NCBI GenBank assembly: GCA_021851145.1
Contig: JAJZJK010000002.1
Span: 1 to 47,444, forward strand
Source of the DNA: Nanobdellota archaeon
GTDB taxonomy: Archaea; Nanobdellota; Nanobdellia; Parvarchaeales; Parvarchaeaceae
DNA length: 47,444 bases
Direction: 5' to 3'
A model generated the notes under the pieces. It was given only the letters and a program-made list of their open reading frames with translations. It made no database searches and was not told the DNA's origin. Numbering within the stretch: the first letter of the stretch is position 1; the number at the start of each line of letters is the position of its first letter. This document shows, in pieces, positions 44,294-47,444 of the stretch. The translations under genes were made by a program, and so were the position numbers.

Positions 44294-44740
44294 ATGAGAA
44301 AAAAGAATAAAAAATTAAGTTTGTTCGAAACAAACCTTGTTCCTGTATTGGGAAAACACGTTTTTGGAAACTTGTATGACATTGAAGATTCTGTTCTTAA
44401 AGATCTTGCTTATCTTAAGGAATCAATTATAGAGGCTGCAAGAGCTGGCAATCTCCATATAATTGATATTTTAGAAAAACAATTTAATACAATAAATTCC
44501 CCAGATCTTGGAGGTGTATCAATAATTGCATTAATAGTTGAAAGTCACATCTCTTTACACACCTGGCCGGAGAGTAGATATGCAACCGTAGATATTTATT
44601 CATGCGGCAACGACAGTAACCCTTCACTTGCATTTGATTATATTGTTTCCATGTTGAAACCAAAGAGCTACAAGGTTTTTAGTGCAGATAGAAGCAACCC
44701 CTCAAGTGAAAATGAAACTAAAGTTTTCAATGATTTTTAG
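44294..44740 (+). CDS. speH: S-adenosylmethionine decarboxylase proenzyme (pyruvoyl-dependent, SpeH type)
   Basis: GGVSIIALIVESHISLHTWPESRYATVDIYSCG contains the E-S self-cleavage site and the HTWPE core. Confidence 0.9.
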   Translation: MRKKNKKLSLFETNLVPVLGKHVFGNLYDIEDSVLKDLAYLKESIIEAARAGNLHIIDILEKQFNTINSPDLGGVSIIALIVESHISLHTWPESRYATVDIYSCGNDSNPSLAFDYIVSMLKPKSYKVFSADRSNPSSENETKVFNDF

Positions 44741-45042
44741 GATAAAGACATAAATAAGAAAAATAAAGCAAGAGTAGTAAATAATATAATATTGCCATAT
44801 TCCCATATGAGAGTGGCAGGGTCACTTAAGGAAATAAAAGTAGTTACACCGTAGTTTATTGCCAACACTAAAGTTGTCAAAAAGAACAATAAAAACGCGT
44901 ATTGCTTGTGCTTTTTTATATAAAATGATGATAGAAAAAGAGTGGAATTTTTATTAAGCTTCTTTCTTAAAATAGATACAAACAACAACATTAACGCTCC
45001 TAATATTAAAGAGATTACACCATATAGAAAATCTATGTTCAT
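44737..45042 (-). CDS. small 3-TM membrane protein (module copy 2, distal gene)
   Basis: ATGA overlap with 45039..45404. Paralog of 34912..35298. Confidence 0.65.
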   Translation of the reverse strand: MNIDFLYGVISLILGALMLLFVSILRKKLNKNSTLFLSSFYIKKHKQYAFLLFFLTTLVLAINYGVTTFISLSDPATLIWEYGNIILFTTLALFFLFMSLS

Positions 45043-45404
45043 GCAAACCTCCTAAATAGCTTGAACCAGCGCCAAGAAATATAAATAATAATAAATAACG
45101 CAACTATACCAAAAAGATACGCTAAGTAGAAGAAGATTTCATCAATGCTGGATAACGAAGGATAATTATTCATGATCTTTTGTATAAAGGTAAATAAGCC
45201 GGTCAAAAAAAGCATTAATGCAGGATAAATAAACAGGTTTAATTCTTTTATCGCAGATGCCTTATTTAAGAAAAAAGATGTTAAAGGAGCTTTATCTTTT
45301 CTATGCTTAAAAATCGCGAAGAAAGTTACTCCTGAAAATACTGAGCTTATAACTCCTCCTACAAATAAAACCGCAAATATCGCAGTGTACGCTAGGTTTA
45401 GCAT
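45039..45404 (-). CDS. 121-aa 3-TM membrane protein (module copy 2, proximal gene)
   Basis: Paralog of 35295..35660 (see that entry). Own TATA at 45423..45433. Confidence 0.7.
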   Translation of the reverse strand: MLNLAYTAIFAVLFVGGVISSVFSGVTFFAIFKHRKDKAPLTSFFLNKASAIKELNLFIYPALMLFLTGLFTFIQKIMNNYPSLSSIDEIFFYLAYLFGIVALFIIIYISWRWFKLFRRFA

Positions 45405-45422
45405 ACTAATTGATTATTCTTG

Positions 45423-45433
45423 TTTATTTATAA
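45423..45433 (-). promoter_or_regulatory. TATA box for membrane module copy 2
   Basis: tttatttataa is centred about 24 nt upstream of ATG 45404, in the 41-nt gap after bcp. Confidence 0.45.
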
Positions 45434-45445
45434 GCTTTAGGGAAA

Positions 45446-45889
45446 TTAAGCAGCCTTTATGAAAGAAAGTATTTCTTCAGCATGTTTATCTGGAGAAACT
45501 TTAGGGTAAATTTTTATTATTTTTCCATTTTCATCCAATACAAATGTAACTCTTGATGCGCTTCCTGTAAGAGATTTTATCCCAAGTTTCGTAACCAGCT
45601 TTTTAGCTGAATCGCTTAATAATGTAAAAGGAATAGAGTATTTGCTTTTAAATTTCTTATGAGATTCTATACTGTCAACACTTATCCCAAAAACAGGAAT
45701 GCCTAAAGACTTAAATGAATTAATATTGTCCCTAAAACTGCATGCTTCTTTTGTACACCCTGGAGTATCATCTTTTGGGTAAAAGTACACTATACTCTTT
45801 TTTCCCTTAATATCAGACATTGAAACTTCTTTTCCATCATCCGACTCTAACTTAAAATCTGGAAACAATTCTCCTTCTTTAATGTCCAT
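45446..45889 (-). CDS. bcp: peroxiredoxin, Bcp/PrxQ type
   Basis: FYPKDDTPGCTKEAC (PxxxTxxC with a CxxxxC resolving Cys). Confidence 0.9.
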   Translation of the reverse strand: MDIKEGELFPDFKLESDDGKEVSMSDIKGKKSIVYFYPKDDTPGCTKEACSFRDNINSFKSLGIPVFGISVDSIESHKKFKSKYSIPFTLLSDSAKKLVTKLGIKSLTGSASRVTFVLDENGKIIKIYPKVSPDKHAEEILSFIKAA

Positions 45890-45890
45890 A

Positions 45891-45900
45891 TTAATATAAA
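45891..45900 (+). promoter_or_regulatory. TATA box for nth (lies next to the bcp ATG)
   Basis: ttaatataaa is centred about 29 nt upstream of ATG 45925. Confidence 0.45.
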
Positions 45901-45910
45901 GAAGAGGAAG

Positions 45911-45920
45911 TATATAAATC
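45911..45920 (-). promoter_or_regulatory. TATA box for bcp (lies next to the nth ATG)
   Basis: The reverse strand reads gatttatata, centred about 26 nt upstream of ATG 45889. Confidence 0.45.
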
Positions 45921-45924
45921 TAGT

Positions 45925-46575
45925 ATGCAACAATTTGTTTTAATTGAAAAGAGCAAAGCAGAGAATGCAATCGAAACACTTGAAGAAAAATACAAAAACA
46001 CAAAATATTACTTAAATTTTAACAGCCCATTGGAACTATTAGTTGCTGCAATATTATCTGCCCAAACAAAAGATACAGTTGTAAATGCTATAACCCCTGC
46101 AATTTTTAATAAGTATAAAAGAGTAGAAGATTTTGCTTCAGCAGACCCATCAGAACTTTTAAATTATTCGAAACGAGTCAGTTTTGCAGAAAACAAGGTA
46201 AAAAACATAATAACCTGCTGTAAGATAATAAAAGAAAAATACAACGGGAAAGTGCCTAATAATATGGAAAGTCTTCTGTCTTTACCCGGGGTTGGCAGAA
46301 AAACTGCAAACACAATATTAATAAATGCATTTGGCATAATTGAAGGAATACCTGTAGATACATGGGTAATAAAGCTTTCATACCGGATAGGGCTAAGTGA
46401 AAGTAAAAAGCCAGATGAAATAGAAAATGACCTTAAAAAGATAGTAGATAAAAAATATTGGAAGAATTTTGCTTATGTACTTAAAGAACATGGACATCAA
46501 ATATGCCAGTCAACAAAACCTAAATGCGAAATATGCCCTATAAAAGATATCTGCCCAAAAAATGGAGTTAAATAG
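45925..46575 (+). CDS. nth: endonuclease III (HhH-GPD DNA glycosylase/AP lyase with 4Fe-4S cluster)
   Basis: LLVAAILSAQTKD, LPGVGRKTANTIL, VDTWV and the C-terminal CQSTKPKCEICPIKDIC (C-x6-C-x2-C-x5-C). Confidence 0.9.
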   Translation: MQQFVLIEKSKAENAIETLEEKYKNTKYYLNFNSPLELLVAAILSAQTKDTVVNAITPAIFNKYKRVEDFASADPSELLNYSKRVSFAENKVKNIITCCKIIKEKYNGKVPNNMESLLSLPGVGRKTANTILINAFGIIEGIPVDTWVIKLSYRIGLSESKKPDEIENDLKKIVDKKYWKNFAYVLKEHGHQICQSTKPKCEICPIKDICPKNGVK

Positions 46576-46700
46576 AATATTTTTCACTCTACAAATTAGT
46601 GAATAAATCAAAATATATAATTTCATCATGTAAAAGAGAGAAAAAAAGCAAAAAGTATTTATGTAAGTTGTAGTCTATAATAGAGTAAGGGGATGAAAAT

Positions 46701-46796
46701 ATGTCAAACTTAGTTTTAGTGGGTGCAGCAGTTTTGTACTTGTTGATACTGGTAGCCATACTACTTAGAAATAATTCCCTTGCTTCAAAGTTTTGA
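46701..46796 (+). CDS. possible 31-aa hydrophobic micropeptide
   Basis: Not in the track because it is too short. atg..tga encodes MSNLVLVGAAVLYLLILVAILLRNNSLASKF. It is preceded by the purine-rich aaggggatgaaaat. Support is weak. Confidence 0.25.
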   Translation: MSNLVLVGAAVLYLLILVAILLRNNSLASKF

Positions 46797-46835
46797 AGTT
46801 AGGGAAAATTGGTGGGTATCAATTATTTGTATCTT

Positions 46836-47354
46836 TTAAGGTCTACTCTGATCTTTGAACTTACCCGAATATTTTGCATTTCCTTTTAGTTCTTCGAATA
46901 CTATCTGGCATATTTTAGTATTTGGTTTTATTGCCAAAGCTATTGGAGATAAGTTAGCCATCTCTAAGACTATCTTCCCAGAAGTACCTGGCTGCATAAA
47001 ACCACTGCTTACATGTGTTAATAAACCTAATCTTGCAAACCTGGATCTTCCATCAATTCTGGCAGAGATATTTTGAGGTAAAGATACTTTTTCTATTGTT
47101 ACAGCATGAATAAGCTCCCCTGGTTGAATAAGAAAACTCTCCCCTTTTTTAGTTATTATCTCCTCGGTTAATTCTTTATAATTAGTATAATCATCAACAG
47201 TTACAATTTTATTTACTTTTTTAAAAACTCTAAAAATATAGCCAAGTCTTAAGTCAACAGAACCAGGGCCTATCTGGTTTCTATCAAAAGGAGCTATTTT
47301 TAGTTTTTTAGAATCTAGGAGTTTTATTATTTCATCATGCGACAATACTGCCAT
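46836..47354 (-). CDS. dcd: dCTP deaminase
   Basis: IGPGSVDLRLG, IDGRSRFARLGL, SGKIVLEMAN and CQIVF. Confidence 0.9.
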   Translation of the reverse strand: MAVLSHDEIIKLLDSKKLKIAPFDRNQIGPGSVDLRLGYIFRVFKKVNKIVTVDDYTNYKELTEEIITKKGESFLIQPGELIHAVTIEKVSLPQNISARIDGRSRFARLGLLTHVSSGFMQPGTSGKIVLEMANLSPIALAIKPNTKICQIVFEELKGNAKYSGKFKDQSRP

Positions 47355-47444
47355 AATTATTAAACGCCAACATGAATTAAAAACATTTAGTTTTAAGAAG
47401 TTAGTAGTAAAGATTTTAATCTAAAGGTATAGAGACTTAAGAAA

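Noticed and set aside
1-47444. Search for tRNA, rRNA, CRISPR repeats, IS elements and integrases
   Set aside because: No GC-rich cloverleaf-like segment is visible in any intergenic gap. I saw no regularly spaced direct repeats and no transposase- or integrase-like ORF. A tRNAscan or CRISPR-finder run should confirm this.

Overview
Visibly AT-rich, gene-dense chromosomal segment that looks archaeal. I call about 60 protein genes. I saw no rRNA, tRNA, CRISPR array, transposase or integrase. The archaeal call rests on two things. First, almost every first-in-unit gene has a TTTAAATA/TTTATATA-type TATA box centred 24-29 nt upstream of its ATG, which implies leaderless mRNAs. Second, the gene content fits: YVTN beta-propeller protein, Lhr helicase with an SbcD-related phosphoesterase, pyruvoyl SpeH, HxlR/PadR regulators and a b6-type cytochrome b. 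The lineage cannot be fixed from sequence alone; an acidophilic Thermoplasmata- or DPANN-like genome is a guess. Recognisable housekeeping and stress genes are Fe/Mn SOD, Bcp peroxiredoxin, endonuclease III, an MTH1-like Nudix, FMN reductase, dCTP deaminase, a DEAD-box helicase, a UvrD-type helicase fused to a PD-(D/E)XK nuclease, a PadR-led double ABC-2 exporter operon, an MFS transporter, an SDR, an aldo-keto reductase and a HAD phosphatase. The most interesting unexplained structure is as follows. (a) Two paralogous beta-solenoid repeat proteins bracket an HExxH hydrolase and a secreted, sequon-rich protein (1572-4944). (b) A translationally coupled two-gene membrane module is present twice, each copy next to a Cys-containing or thiol-redox gene (34912-36067 and 44737-45889). 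(c) An AATATCGT-N3/4-ACGATATCT palindrome occurs only in the PadR and FMN-reductase promoters. (d) A wHTH regulator gene is broken by a frameshift in a G5 run. (e) A decayed duplicate of the CYTH gene 3' end lies downstream of a promoter-bearing orphan gene. (f) Two divergent nitrilase-superfamily paralogs are present. (g) Two canonical C2H2 zinc-finger proteins are present. All functional calls come from motif reading by eye. No database search was run.
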